Positions 1 through 9,266 of a DNA stretch of 64,000 nt are shown here, piece by piece (within the stretch, counting starts at the first letter, position 1; every line of letters starts with the position of its first letter). The translations under genes and the position numbers were made by a program. This DNA comes from Bacilli bacterium (GTDB lineage: Bacteria; Bacillota_I; Bacilli_A; ML615J-28; CAG-698): NCBI GenBank assembly GCA_017617065.1, contig JAFZWP010000022.1, positions 22,931-86,930 of the forward strand, in the 5' to 3' direction. The notes under the pieces were generated by a model. That model was given only the letters and a program-made list of their open reading frames with translations, did no database searches and was not told the DNA's origin.

Positions 1-1494
1 TACGTAGCCTTCTAGCTCTTCCCAAGAAGCAGGATTTACACATTCAGTAATATCTTTAGTCTCATCTGGGATAATTAAAACATCAAATTTATTAAATTTA
101 GCTTTCTTAGCAGTTGTCGCTTCCACAAACCCAATAGTACCATTAGGTTTTCTTTCATTAAAACCAGATCCAGATAAAGTAGCTGGATCATACGACGCAT
201 GAACGCATACAATGTTTCCATCTTTATCATAATCTACATATTCAGCTTTAATAAAATATGCATGGAATAATCTTACTTCTAATCCCAAAGCTAAACGTTT
301 ATATTGTCTATTAGGTTTTTCCAAGCAGAAATCATCTTGTTCAATATATAAATATCTTGAAAAGGCAATCTTTCTTTCGCCTAATGCTTCGTTCTCTTGG
401 TTGTTTGATGCCGTTAAATATTCAATCTTTCCTTCTGGATAATTATCAATAACTACTTTTAAAGGTTTAGTTACTGCCATTATACGATTAACTTTAAGTT
501 TTAAATCTTCTCTAACGAAATGATCTAACATACCATCATCTACAGTAGAATTTATACGTGACAATCCTGCTGCTAATATAAATTCTTTAATAGCTTCAGG
601 ACTTACACCTCTTCTACGTAAACCTGCTAAAGTTGGCATACGTGGATCATCATATCCTTTAACTTTTCCACTGTCGACTAAAGCTTTTAAATATCTCTTG
701 CTCATAACAGTGTTAGGAATATTAAGACGACCAAATTCAATTTGTTCAGGAACATGTTCCATTTCGCATTCTCTAACTACCCAGTCATATAGTGGGCGAT
801 GATCTACATATTCTAAGCTACAAAGTGAATGTGTAATACCTTCAATTGAATCTTGTAAAGGATGAGCAAAATCATACATTGGATAAATGCACCATTTGTT
901 ACCTTGACGATGATGATTGATATGAATGATTCTATATAATACAGGATCACGCATATTAATGTTAGGAGAAGCCATATCAATTTTAGCTCTTAGAGTCTTT
1001 TCTCCATCTTTATACATACCATTTTTCATGTTTTCAAAAAGTTCTAAGTTTTCTTCTACACTTCTATTACGGTATGGAGATTCAATTCCTGGAGTAGATA
1101 AGCTACCACGATATTTATTAACTTCTTCAGCGCTTAAATCACAAACGTAAGCTAATCCTTTACGGATTAGTTTTTTAGCTAATTCGTATTGAGCATCAAA
1201 ATAATCAGAGCCAAAGAATACATTAGCAGGATCATAACCTAACCATTTAATATCATTCTTAATCGCTTCTACAAAACTAGCATCTTCTTTAACTGGATTA
1301 GTGTCATCAAATCTTAAATTAGTTTTTCCATTAAAACATTTAGCTAATTCAAAATTAGTAACAAGTGCCCTTGCATGACCAATATGTAAATATGCATTTG
1401 GTTCTGGTGGAAATCTAGTGACAATCTCACTTACTTTTCCACTAGCCAAATCCATTTCCATTTTTGTTTTTATAAAATTGGTAATTTCTGCCAT
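1..1494 (-). CDS. glnS: glutamine--tRNA ligase (GlnRS), C-terminal end cut by window edge
   Basis: My own minus-strand translation from the ATG at 1494-1492 gives MAEITNFIKTKMEMDLASGKVSEIVTRFPPEPNAYLHIGHARALVTNFELAKCFNGKTNLRFDDTNPVKED. It carries a class I HIGH motif and, further on, VMSKRYLK (KMSKS-type). The frame stays open to position 1. It is absent from the ORF track because no stop lies inside the window. Confidence 0.9.
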   Translation of the reverse strand, partial: MAEITNFIKTKMEMDLASGKVSEIVTRFPPEPNAYLHIGHARALVTNFELAKCFNGKTNLRFDDTNPVKEDASFVEAIKNDIKWLGYDPANVFFGSDYFDAQYELAKKLIRKGLAYVCDLSAEEVNKYRGSLSTPGIESPYRNRSVEENLELFENMKNGMYKDGEKTLRAKIDMASPNINMRDPVLYRIIHINHHRQGNKWCIYPMYDFAHPLQDSIEGITHSLCSLEYVDHRPLYDWVVRECEMEHVPEQIEFGRLNIPNTVMSKRYLKALVDSGKVKGYDDPRMPTLAGLRRRGVSPEAIKEFILAAGLSRINSTVDDGMLDHFVREDLKLKVNRIMAVTKPLKVVIDNYPEGKIEYLTASNNQENEALGERKIAFSRYLYIEQDDFCLEKPNRQYKRLALGLEVRLFHAYFIKAEYVDYDKDGNIVCVHASYDPATLSGSGFNERKPNGTIGFVEATTAKKAKFNKFDVLIIPDETKDITECVNPASWEELEGYV

Positions 1495-1498
1495 ACTT

Positions 1499-2158
1499 TT
1501 ACCTCTTAATAACTTCTATTTCTTCTATGTTTTTAGCATCAGCATATTTTTTAAATATGTTAATTGTTTCATCTTTATCTACATCTATTTCATTTTCCGA
1601 AAAGCAAATAACAAATACTAATATCTTTTTAGTAGTATCAGTAATCATAGTTCTTTCGGTATCGGATGTGGTAGATCCAAATGGACCAATACCATCTACA
1701 TACACTGGTATATTGCTAACATTTATTTGCCCTCTACCAATGCCATAGTATTCATCAGTCTCTCTACCTAGTCTAATCGATACATCCCCAACAATTTTAT
1801 CATAGTCAAGGATAGCTGTTGATCTAGCTAACTTAATCGATAAGATATTACCAGCATCGACTAAATTATTGATACGATATAGACCATATCCTTTAACTAA
1901 CCTTCTATATAATGATTCAACTGCTAGGCGGTAACGACTAGGATCTTTTCCTAAAGCTTTATAAGAATCTCTTGCCTCTTTGATAAGAGGAATATTCAAC
2001 ACCTCTTCAAGTGAATACTCCTCTTTAATCATTGATTCATATTTTTTTATCTCATCTTCAATAATAGCGCTATCCTTAAGTTTAACATCCATAGAATATG
2101 CTACTACATTAAAATGAGGTAATTTTTCAAGTATTTCTCTTTCAATTGCAACTTTCAT
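1499..2158 (-). CDS. stand-alone B3/B4 (PheT-like tRNA-binding) domain protein
   Basis: 219-aa ORF. The stretch GKDPSRYRLAVESLYRRLVKG...YRINNLVDAGNILSI resembles B3_4 domain proteins as I recall them. There is a 4-nt gap to the glnS start and a 1-nt gap to the upstream gene. Confidence 0.6.
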   Translation of the reverse strand: MKVAIEREILEKLPHFNVVAYSMDVKLKDSAIIEDEIKKYESMIKEEYSLEEVLNIPLIKEARDSYKALGKDPSRYRLAVESLYRRLVKGYGLYRINNLVDAGNILSIKLARSTAILDYDKIVGDVSIRLGRETDEYYGIGRGQINVSNIPVYVDGIGPFGSTTSDTERTMITDTTKKILVFVICFSENEIDVDKDETINIFKKYADAKNIEEIEVIKR

Positions 2159-2159
2159 A

Positions 2160-5100
2160 CTATCTATTCTTTTTATCGCGTTTAGCTTGATATTTCTTAA
2201 TTAAGCTTCCAGCTTCTTCAATCTTAGAAACTAGTTTTAAATATTCTTTAACGCGTTTATCTTTACTAGCATCATTTAGTTGCTTCTTAGTATAATCACG
2301 ATTATTCTTTAGATTATCGCCTTTAGCTTTTAATTCACTGATTTGATTCTTTAAGTTAGCAATTTCATTAGCATCATTACTTGCTTTTAATACTTCATTT
2401 AATCCCACAATCTTATCATTGTTTTCTTCAATTGCTTGATCAAATGATAAATATTGTTCTTTTAATGCTTTAAATTCTCTAACTGATGCAATATCAGTAC
2501 TGTATTTCTTTTCAGCTGCACAGAACTCTTCATATTTCTTACGTAGTTCTACTTCTTTAGGACTAATCTTACTTTCTTTAAGTTCCAGTTCTTCACTTGC
2601 AGGAGATGCAGTTTCTTTAACTTCTAGATTATCTTCATAAACATTATTATCTTTCAAAGCATCTTTTACTTCTTCTTTATCTACAGGAGTAACTGCTTCT
2701 TTGCCACTAACAACTTCACCTTTATCATTTAGTTTAATATCGGCAATATCTTCTTCTTCAATTAGTTTACGAGGTTGTCTAGAAACACGAGATTCTAAGA
2801 ATTCACGATATTTACGTTCTCTAATTTCATCTTGACTCTCAATTATACGTGGTTCATCATCTTTAATAACATTAGCTTCTTCAAATTTCTTGTTAAGTTC
2901 TGCCTCACGAGCTTGCTTTGATGCTTCTTTTGCTTGTTTAGAAAGATAAGTTTCTTTTAATTGTTTTTCTTCTTCTTCAAGTCTTAGAAGTTGATCTTCA
3001 ATTCCTTTGATAATGTTTTGATATCTTAAATCAATTTTTCTAACATCATCTTCTTTTAATTTTGCAAGTTGTGACTCGCGAGTATTTAATTCATAAATTA
3101 GTTTTTGTTTTTCAACTTCATATTTTTCTAATGCTTCTGCGCTGTGGTCTTCACCATTTTGATAATTAGCGCTAGCATCTTCGATTCTAGAATTTAATTC
3201 TTCAATCTTCTTAGCATATTCTTTTTGAAGAGCTTCGTTATTGCTTAATTCAATTTTGTGATTAGCAGTTTCTACTACTTTTCTTTCTTCTAGCGATTTA
3301 CGAGTACGGCGAATATTATTAAGTTTATTTAAATATTCGCTATCGAAAGTAATAACTACTTGTGGTTCTTCACTTGCTTCAATTAGTGGAACTTGTTCAG
3401 CTTCAAGTGGAGCAATATCGCCAAAGTCTCTTTGTACTTCTTGATCATAAACTGGAGCATCACTCGCCTTAACTTCTGGCATTGGTGCATCTTCTAAATC
3501 TACAATAACAGCATCCGCATCACTACTAGCTACAACAGGACTAACTACTTCACCATTTTTAATAGCATCAACTGCTTTATCTAAATTAGCATCTAGCCCC
3601 TTAATTGCTTTTGCATAAACATCATCAAGCATTTCTTTCTTAGCGCTAATTGTAGGTTTTGCATCATCGCCTGCATATTTACTTGCAATGTTAAGTTTAT
3701 CAGTCTCATTTGCATAAACAAATTCATTTTGTTTTTTAGCTTCTTTATAAGCGTCAAGTAAACTAGCTAAATTATTAAATCCAATTAAAGCATTAGGTTT
3801 AAATAATTCATTAATCTTATGAGAATATTCTTCTAATTCTTGATAATTAACAGCTTTATTTGCATTTTCTTGCTTCTTAGCTAATGCTTCATTCAAATCT
3901 CTAATTTGGGCTTCTAAAGCTTCAATCTTAGCATTCAAAGCATCACTTTCTTGCTTTCTTTCTCTTTGTAAGCCAGCAATTACTTGATCACGTTTAGCAA
4001 TTTCACGATCATGATCTTCTTTAACTCTTTCATCATATGGATCAGCATATCCATAGAATGGACCTTGATATGGAGGACGTGGAGCAAACATATCACGTCT
4101 AGATAAATCTTGAACCATGCTAGCAATTTGATCAATTTGCAAATCGCGTTTATTTTGTTTAATAGCATCTTCTAAACGTTTAATCTCTAATTCTTTTTCT
4201 TTCAAAGAATCATATAGTTTTTGTTCAGCTTCTAGATGTGCATTCTTTTCATTTTCTAATGCTTCACGATAATTCTCAATTACTAAAGCTGTATTAGCAA
4301 TGCTAGTTTCATTTTCTTCTACACCTTTAATCATTTCATCTAGTTGCTTACCAATTGCTTCACTTTGTTTAGCATAAGCAGCTTTTTCGATTTCAAGTTG
4401 CTCTTTTAACTTTTCAACTTCATTATTTAAGCTAACTATTTCTAGTTCTTTATCCGCAAGTTCTTTAGCTAAAGAATCATCTTTGTTATCTACTACTTCT
4501 CCATTAGTTAAAGCTCTAACTTTATCGCTAAGTCTACTAACTTCTTCGCTTAAAGAATTATTTAATTCACTCAAACTATTAATGCTTACATTTGCTTCAG
4601 CTAATTTTCTTTCTAAATCCAAGTTATTAACTGCTAAATCATTATTAGCTTTATTAGCGCTAGTTAATTTTTCATTTAAGTCTTTAACTTCATCTTGAAG
4701 ACCTAAATACTTCTTAGCTTCATCAGCTCTAATTTCTTCTTCTTTAATTACATTTTCTTTTTTGTATTTAGCTAGTTCATCTTTAGCAATCTTGACCTTT
4801 TCATCAGCTTTAGCATCGATTTCTTGCTTATATAAGTTAAGGTATGATTCCTGTAATTCTACTTCTTTCTTACCTTTTTCTAACTCTCTATTCTTTTCTA
4901 CAAGTTTATTTCTTTCATCTTCAACTTCACTCAATACATCAGCATCCTTAACATTTCTATCTTTAGCTGTATCTAAATCTTTCTTTAATAATTCAATTTC
5001 TTCATTAGCTAAATCAAGTTTCTTGGCATAATCTACTTTTAATTTTTCGATTTCTTCTTGTCTACTAGCTGCTGTATTATTAGCTTTAGTAAGTTGAATC

Positions 5101-6545
5101 TTAGTATTAGTTAATTCTTTGTTAACTTGATCAAATTCTTTTTGTTTTTCTTTTAATGCTTTATTATTTTCTTTTTGGATTTCCCTAACTTTCGCATTAA
5201 ATTCTTTATTTAAACTTGCTTCAATCTTTGATGTATCTACATTACTTGCAGCCTTTAGATCATTTGCTTCTTTAGTTAAGCGATCCACTTCACTGTCAAA
5301 TCTATTTTGTAATGCTTCATATTCTTCATCTTTTGCTTTTAGTGCTTCATTATATTTTTCACTTACACCTGAAGCTAGATTTTCATTTTCAATTTTTAAC
5401 TTCTCATTTTCACTTAAAGCAAGGGCTTCTTTAGCTTCTAATTCTATGACTTTAGCTTCTAAAGCGGCAATTTCTGATCTAAGTTTAGCAACTTCACCAT
5501 CTTCTTCAACTGGAACTTCTTTAACTTCGGCTTGAACTTTTGCAAGTTTATCTTTTAAATTCTTGTTCTTAGTTTCAAGTTCTTTAAGGTTTTCTTTTAC
5601 TTGATCGTCTTTAGCTAGTTTACCATCCATGATTCTTTGCTCTAAATCTTTTTTAGCAGCAATTTGTTCGCGTAAACGTTGTAAGCTTTCACTTACATTT
5701 TCATCTTTTTTAGCTGGACCATCTTTTTTAACTTCATTTTTCTTTGGTCCTAACTTTTCTAGACTATTATCATGTCCGCTCTTCTTAGCTACAACAATAT
5801 CATCATTATTGTTTTCTTTTTGAGCGTTTTCTAAACTAGCAAGTTTATCTTCAGCTGCTTTACGAGCAATTGCTCTAGCTTCTGATCTTTCTTTTTCACG
5901 CTTAATTAAAGCTTCGAGTCTTGCTTTCTCTTTTTCTTTTTCTTTAGCTTCTTTAAGAGCAAGTTTAGCTTTTTCTTTAGCTTTGGCTTGCTTAATTGCT
6001 TGCTTTTCTTTTTCTTTAGCTTTGGCTTTCTTAACTGCTTCTTTACGCTTAGCAGCCTCTTTTGCTTTAGCTAATTTTTCTTTTTCTTTCTTTGCTTGTT
6101 TTTGTGCTTCAGTTAAAGGCTTTTTAGCTGGTGCTTTCTTTTTAGCAGGCTTCTTAGCAGAAGTCTTCTTAGGAGCACTTTTAGCAGTTTTTGGCTTAGA
6201 AGCTTTTGGTTTTGCTTCTTTAACTTCTTCATTTTCAACTTTTGCAGGCGCAGTATCAGTAGCCTCTTCTTTAGCTGGCTTTGATGAGCTAGGTTCATCT
6301 TGAATAGGTTCATCTTGAACTTTAGCTTCAGCTGGAGCTTCATCTACTTTAGGTGCTTCTTCAACTACTGGCGAAGCGGCATCATTTGCAACTTTATCGT
6401 TAATAGCGTTTTCGATAATAGCACTATCATCTTCTGCTAATAGGCTCTTTTTCATATCCGCTAATTCTTTTTCGATAGAGAATTCTTCATCGTGTTTATT
6501 TGCGTTTTTATTTGTGTTACTATTCATTCTAAATTCCTCCGCCAA
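2160..6545 (-). CDS. giant K/E-rich coiled-coil protein, function unknown
   Basis: 1461-aa uninterrupted ORF. It has an acidic N-terminus followed by a basic AKP/KKPA low-complexity tract, then more than 1000 aa of heptad-like K/E/L/A sequence. A P/Y-rich break (FAPRPPYQGPFYGYADPYDE) interrupts this. No signal peptide, TM segment or LPXTG is visible. Confidence 0.85.
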   Translation of the reverse strand: MAEEFRMNSNTNKNANKHDEEFSIEKELADMKKSLLAEDDSAIIENAINDKVANDAASPVVEEAPKVDEAPAEAKVQDEPIQDEPSSSKPAKEEATDTAPAKVENEEVKEAKPKASKPKTAKSAPKKTSAKKPAKKKAPAKKPLTEAQKQAKKEKEKLAKAKEAAKRKEAVKKAKAKEKEKQAIKQAKAKEKAKLALKEAKEKEKEKARLEALIKREKERSEARAIARKAAEDKLASLENAQKENNNDDIVVAKKSGHDNSLEKLGPKKNEVKKDGPAKKDENVSESLQRLREQIAAKKDLEQRIMDGKLAKDDQVKENLKELETKNKNLKDKLAKVQAEVKEVPVEEDGEVAKLRSEIAALEAKVIELEAKEALALSENEKLKIENENLASGVSEKYNEALKAKDEEYEALQNRFDSEVDRLTKEANDLKAASNVDTSKIEASLNKEFNAKVREIQKENNKALKEKQKEFDQVNKELTNTKIQLTKANNTAASRQEEIEKLKVDYAKKLDLANEEIELLKKDLDTAKDRNVKDADVLSEVEDERNKLVEKNRELEKGKKEVELQESYLNLYKQEIDAKADEKVKIAKDELAKYKKENVIKEEEIRADEAKKYLGLQDEVKDLNEKLTSANKANNDLAVNNLDLERKLAEANVSINSLSELNNSLSEEVSRLSDKVRALTNGEVVDNKDDSLAKELADKELEIVSLNNEVEKLKEQLEIEKAAYAKQSEAIGKQLDEMIKGVEENETSIANTALVIENYREALENEKNAHLEAEQKLYDSLKEKELEIKRLEDAIKQNKRDLQIDQIASMVQDLSRRDMFAPRPPYQGPFYGYADPYDERVKEDHDREIAKRDQVIAGLQRERKQESDALNAKIEALEAQIRDLNEALAKKQENANKAVNYQELEEYSHKINELFKPNALIGFNNLASLLDAYKEAKKQNEFVYANETDKLNIASKYAGDDAKPTISAKKEMLDDVYAKAIKGLDANLDKAVDAIKNGEVVSPVVASSDADAVIVDLEDAPMPEVKASDAPVYDQEVQRDFGDIAPLEAEQVPLIEASEEPQVVITFDSEYLNKLNNIRRTRKSLEERKVVETANHKIELSNNEALQKEYAKKIEELNSRIEDASANYQNGEDHSAEALEKYEVEKQKLIYELNTRESQLAKLKEDDVRKIDLRYQNIIKGIEDQLLRLEEEEKQLKETYLSKQAKEASKQAREAELNKKFEEANVIKDDEPRIIESQDEIRERKYREFLESRVSRQPRKLIEEEDIADIKLNDKGEVVSGKEAVTPVDKEEVKDALKDNNVYEDNLEVKETASPASEELELKESKISPKEVELRKKYEEFCAAEKKYSTDIASVREFKALKEQYLSFDQAIEENNDKIVGLNEVLKASNDANEIANLKNQISELKAKGDNLKNNRDYTKKQLNDASKDKRVKEYLKLVSKIEEAGSLIKKYQAKRDKKNR

Positions 6546-7587
6546 ATAGTCCCCATATTATTTCAAAAGAAACATAGCCCCATACACCAGAAGCACATAA
6601 ATATGTTCCTTTAAATAGAATAAACTTTGTAATATAAAGGAATGTTTTTCTTCCTTTCATCTTTGCCATCTTATGAGTGTAAGCATCGCTCAATGCTTCA
6701 ATATCACTGAAATCAACATCAGTAATTCCTGTATCCTCAATTGGAAGCGGATCTAACTTACATTCTTTCTTACGCAAAGCCTTTTGATAATATTTTAAAG
6801 TTTTCTTTGATTTTTTTGCAAAATCACTGTTAACTTTGTTAGTCAGTTTTTCGTTTAAACTTGCATGAGTTTTTGTATAACTAGTAAACTCATGACAAAT
6901 GGCATGATACAAACCAATAAATAACATACTAGCAATAGCAATATAAAGACCTACTACTGCTACGATATTTACCCACTTAGACGAGAATGCTACTTGGCGT
7001 GCTGCTTCAAAATTAAGATGCATTTCTTTGCCAAATAATGTAAAGTCTTTTGTTATGCTCCATAACTTTGTTAAGCCAAAGTAGCAAATAATCAAGACAG
7101 CTAGTCCTAATGGTAAAAAGATATAAGCACCAACTTTAATCTTTTCAATATCGTTAGGTTTAACAGCTTCTTTTACATCGCTTACTTTTAAAATAACTTT
7201 TGATTTGTTTTCTTTAAAATCTTTAATCCATGCTTTAATTGCATTGATTATAATTTTCTTTCTCTTTGATAATCTAAATTCTTCAGTTCTAAGTACTTCT
7301 TTTAAAGTTCTTGTTTCTTTTCTTTTAACTTTTACTCTAAAGTCTTCAATTGAGTGTACATTACATTTCTCACTCTTATTTACTCTAAACATGAAAGGAT
7401 TAGAATTAATAGCGTGTTCATGTTCATATGCAACTTCTTCATTATAACGTTTAATTATTTCTTCTTTTTTCTCTAACTCTTCGTTTGAATTATCTACCGA
7501 AACGCTTGAATATTGTTCTTGGCTGGCTTCACTTGTTTTAGCAACAGGTTCAAGATCATAAGTTTTAATTTGATGATTCTTACGCAT
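6529..7587 (-). CDS. polytopic membrane protein, function unknown
   Basis: 352-aa ORF with a charged N-terminal part of about 150 aa. Hydrophobic segments are VGAYIFLPLGLAVLIICYFGL, WVNIVAVVGLYIAIASMLFIGLY and a C-terminal GTYLCASGVWGYVSFEIIWGLFGG. A strong RBS (AAAGGAGGATAAT) precedes the ATG. The 3' end overlaps the next gene by 17 nt. Confidence 0.75.
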   Translation of the reverse strand: MRKNHQIKTYDLEPVAKTSEASQEQYSSVSVDNSNEELEKKEEIIKRYNEEVAYEHEHAINSNPFMFRVNKSEKCNVHSIEDFRVKVKRKETRTLKEVLRTEEFRLSKRKKIIINAIKAWIKDFKENKSKVILKVSDVKEAVKPNDIEKIKVGAYIFLPLGLAVLIICYFGLTKLWSITKDFTLFGKEMHLNFEAARQVAFSSKWVNIVAVVGLYIAIASMLFIGLYHAICHEFTSYTKTHASLNEKLTNKVNSDFAKKSKKTLKYYQKALRKKECKLDPLPIEDTGITDVDFSDIEALSDAYTHKMAKMKGRKTFLYITKFILFKGTYLCASGVWGYVSFEIIWGLFGGGI

Positions 7588-7620
7588 ATTATCCTCCTTT
7601 CATAAAATTAGTTATATTTT

Positions 7621-8148
7621 CTATGCAACAACAGTTATAGCTTCAATAACTTCCTTGATTTGAGGAAGTATTCCAAATATCTTAATTGATATACTAGTAG
7701 ATGCAATAGCCCCTGGAACATTGATAAATATCAAGAATAAAATAAGGCCGACTACATATGCATTAACTAGACCTAATATTCCTCCAATTATACAAGACAA
7801 ACTTGATTTATCTTTTAAGAATGATTTAACATCACGCCTCTTAAATGCGCCAATGATTAAATACATTATAAGTTTTACAACTAGGTATACAATTAGTCCT
7901 ACAAATAGTTTAATAGCAATATCTGCTTCCATTACGAATACTACATTTACAACTTTCGCAATAATACTTTTAGTATTACCAATAGCGCTAATGATGCCTA
8001 CTAATAAATCATTTAAGAAGATGGCACAGGCAAGTCCAACTACACTACTTAGCGTTCTACGTAGTTGGTTATAAAAGCCAAAGTATAGTCCCGATAAGAA
8101 CATAAATATGGCAACTATTAATAAAACAACATCAAAATTAAAACTCAT
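7621..8148 (-). CDS. CvpA-family (colicin V production-like) membrane protein
   Basis: 175 aa with 4-5 hydrophobic helices. The N-terminus (FDVVLLIVAIFMFLSGLYFGFYNQLRRTLSSVVGL) matches the CvpA pattern as I recall it. Confidence 0.45.
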   Translation of the reverse strand: MSFNFDVVLLIVAIFMFLSGLYFGFYNQLRRTLSSVVGLACAIFLNDLLVGIISAIGNTKSIIAKVVNVVFVMEADIAIKLFVGLIVYLVVKLIMYLIIGAFKRRDVKSFLKDKSSLSCIIGGILGLVNAYVVGLILFLIFINVPGAIASTSISIKIFGILPQIKEVIEAITVVA

Positions 8149-8192
8149 TTTTCTATTAAAGTGCCATTAGTGGCCACTTCCCCTTTTATCTC

Positions 8193-8221
8193 ATTATACT
8201 ACAAGCCCCCTTATTTTACAA
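8193..8221 (-). promoter_or_regulatory. sigma-A type promoter TTGTAA-17nt-TATAAT for the cvpA-like / membrane / coiled-coil / B3_4 / glnS gene string
   Basis: The minus strand reads TTGTAAAATAAGGGGGCTTGTAGTATAAT. It lies just downstream of the tsaD terminator and upstream of the 8148 start. Confidence 0.55.
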
Positions 8222-8223
8222 AC

Positions 8224-8254
8224 TAAAAAAATCACATCCCCTAACAGATGTGAT
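8224..8254 (-). terminator. intrinsic terminator after tsaD
   Basis: Minus-strand stem ATCACATC / GATGTGAT with an 8-nt loop, followed by TTTTTTT. Confidence 0.8.
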
Positions 8255-8303
8255 ATTTTTATAAAAACGATAAATTTTACTAATTAATTTTTTCCTATAT
8301 TGA

Positions 8304-9266
8304 TTAGTTTTTATCACCATATTTATTTTGAAAATAACCAGCTACAGCAATCATTACAGCGTTATCTGTACAATATCTAAATTCAGGAAATGTAAGTGTT
8401 ACACCATCAAGACTAGCAACAGCACTAGTTAGTCTTGCCCTTAAGCCTTTATTAGCCGCAACTCCTCCTGCTACAATAATTTGTTTTACATTATATTCGA
8501 TAGCTGCTTTGATTGTTTTTCTAACTAAAACGCTTGTTACGCTATCTTGAAAAGCATAAGACAAAGCATGGTAATTTAAGTCTTCGCCTTTCATATGACA
8601 CTTATTTATTTGATTTAAAACAGCTGATTTGATTCCAGAAAAACTGAAATTATAATCATCACTATCATAAATTGGAAGGTGATAAATTGGTTTTCCTTGA
8701 TATTCAAGAGCAAGTGTATCTACCTTTACTCCGCCAGGATAAGCTAGTCCCATGACTCTTGCAACTTTATCATATGCTTCCCCAACTGCATCATCCATTG
8801 TCTCACCTAATACATTAAAGTCATAATGATCCTTCATTAAAACAAGTTCAGTATGGCCGCCACTTACAACTAGGGCTAACGTAGGGAAAGTAAAATCTGC
8901 ACTTACGTAATTTGCATAAATATGACCATATATATGATCTACACCGATGCATGGAATATTGTTAGCTAAGCTAAAAGCATAAGCTGCATTAATCCCAACT
9001 AGTAATGATCCAATTAAACCAGGATGAGTGGTAACTGCTACTAAATCAATATCGCTAGCTTTAATTCCCGCTTGTTTGAATGCTTCATCAAACACGCTAA
9101 TAATCTTAGCAATATGTTTTCTACTAGCAATTTCTGGAACTACTCCCCCATATAATTTATGAATATCAATTTGGCTATAAACAACATCAGCTAGTATCTT
9201 TTTACCATCTTCTACAATCGCTACAGCTGTTTCATCGCAACTTGTTTCTACACCTAAAACAATCAT
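8304..9266 (-). CDS. tsaD: tRNA N6-adenosine threonylcarbamoyltransferase TsaD
   Basis: N-terminus MIVLGVETSCDETAVAIV, metal site VDHIYGHIYA and GGVAANKGLR. The gene order tsaE-tsaB-rimI-tsaD is canonical. Confidence 0.95.
   Translation of the reverse strand: MIVLGVETSCDETAVAIVEDGKKILADVVYSQIDIHKLYGGVVPEIASRKHIAKIISVFDEAFKQAGIKASDIDLVAVTTHPGLIGSLLVGINAAYAFSLANNIPCIGVDHIYGHIYANYVSADFTFPTLALVVSGGHTELVLMKDHYDFNVLGETMDDAVGEAYDKVARVMGLAYPGGVKVDTLALEYQGKPIYHLPIYDSDDYNFSFSGIKSAVLNQINKCHMKGEDLNYHALSYAFQDSVTSVLVRKTIKAAIEYNVKQIIVAGGVAANKGLRARLTSAVASLDGVTLTFPEFRYCTDNAVMIAVAGYFQNKYGDKN

Noticed and set aside
926-1748. Plus-strand ORFs 926-1150, 1418-1621 and 1527-1748.
   Set aside because: They are antisense to the clearly coding glnS and B3_4 genes, hydrophobic or low-complexity in composition, and lack any RBS.
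3980-6343. Several ORFs inside the coiled-coil gene: on the plus strand 4483-4698, 4762-5031, 5629-5823 and 5983-6303, and in alternative minus frames 3980-4168 and 6113-6343.
   Set aside because: They are Ser/Leu/Phe/Ala-rich low-complexity translations. These arise automatically from reading K/E/A codon repeats antisense or out of frame. None has an RBS, and all lie wholly within the 1461-aa ORF.
7205-8074. Plus-strand ORFs 7205-7447 and 7721-8074.
   Set aside because: They are antisense to the membrane-protein genes and are typical shadow ORFs of AT-rich coding DNA.
8156-8167. Three-codon mini-ORF (ATG GCA CTT TAA) in the leader of the cvpA-like gene, next to the AGTGGCCACT palindrome.
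   Set aside because: It is too short to evaluate and has no evidence of conservation. It is likely fortuitous.
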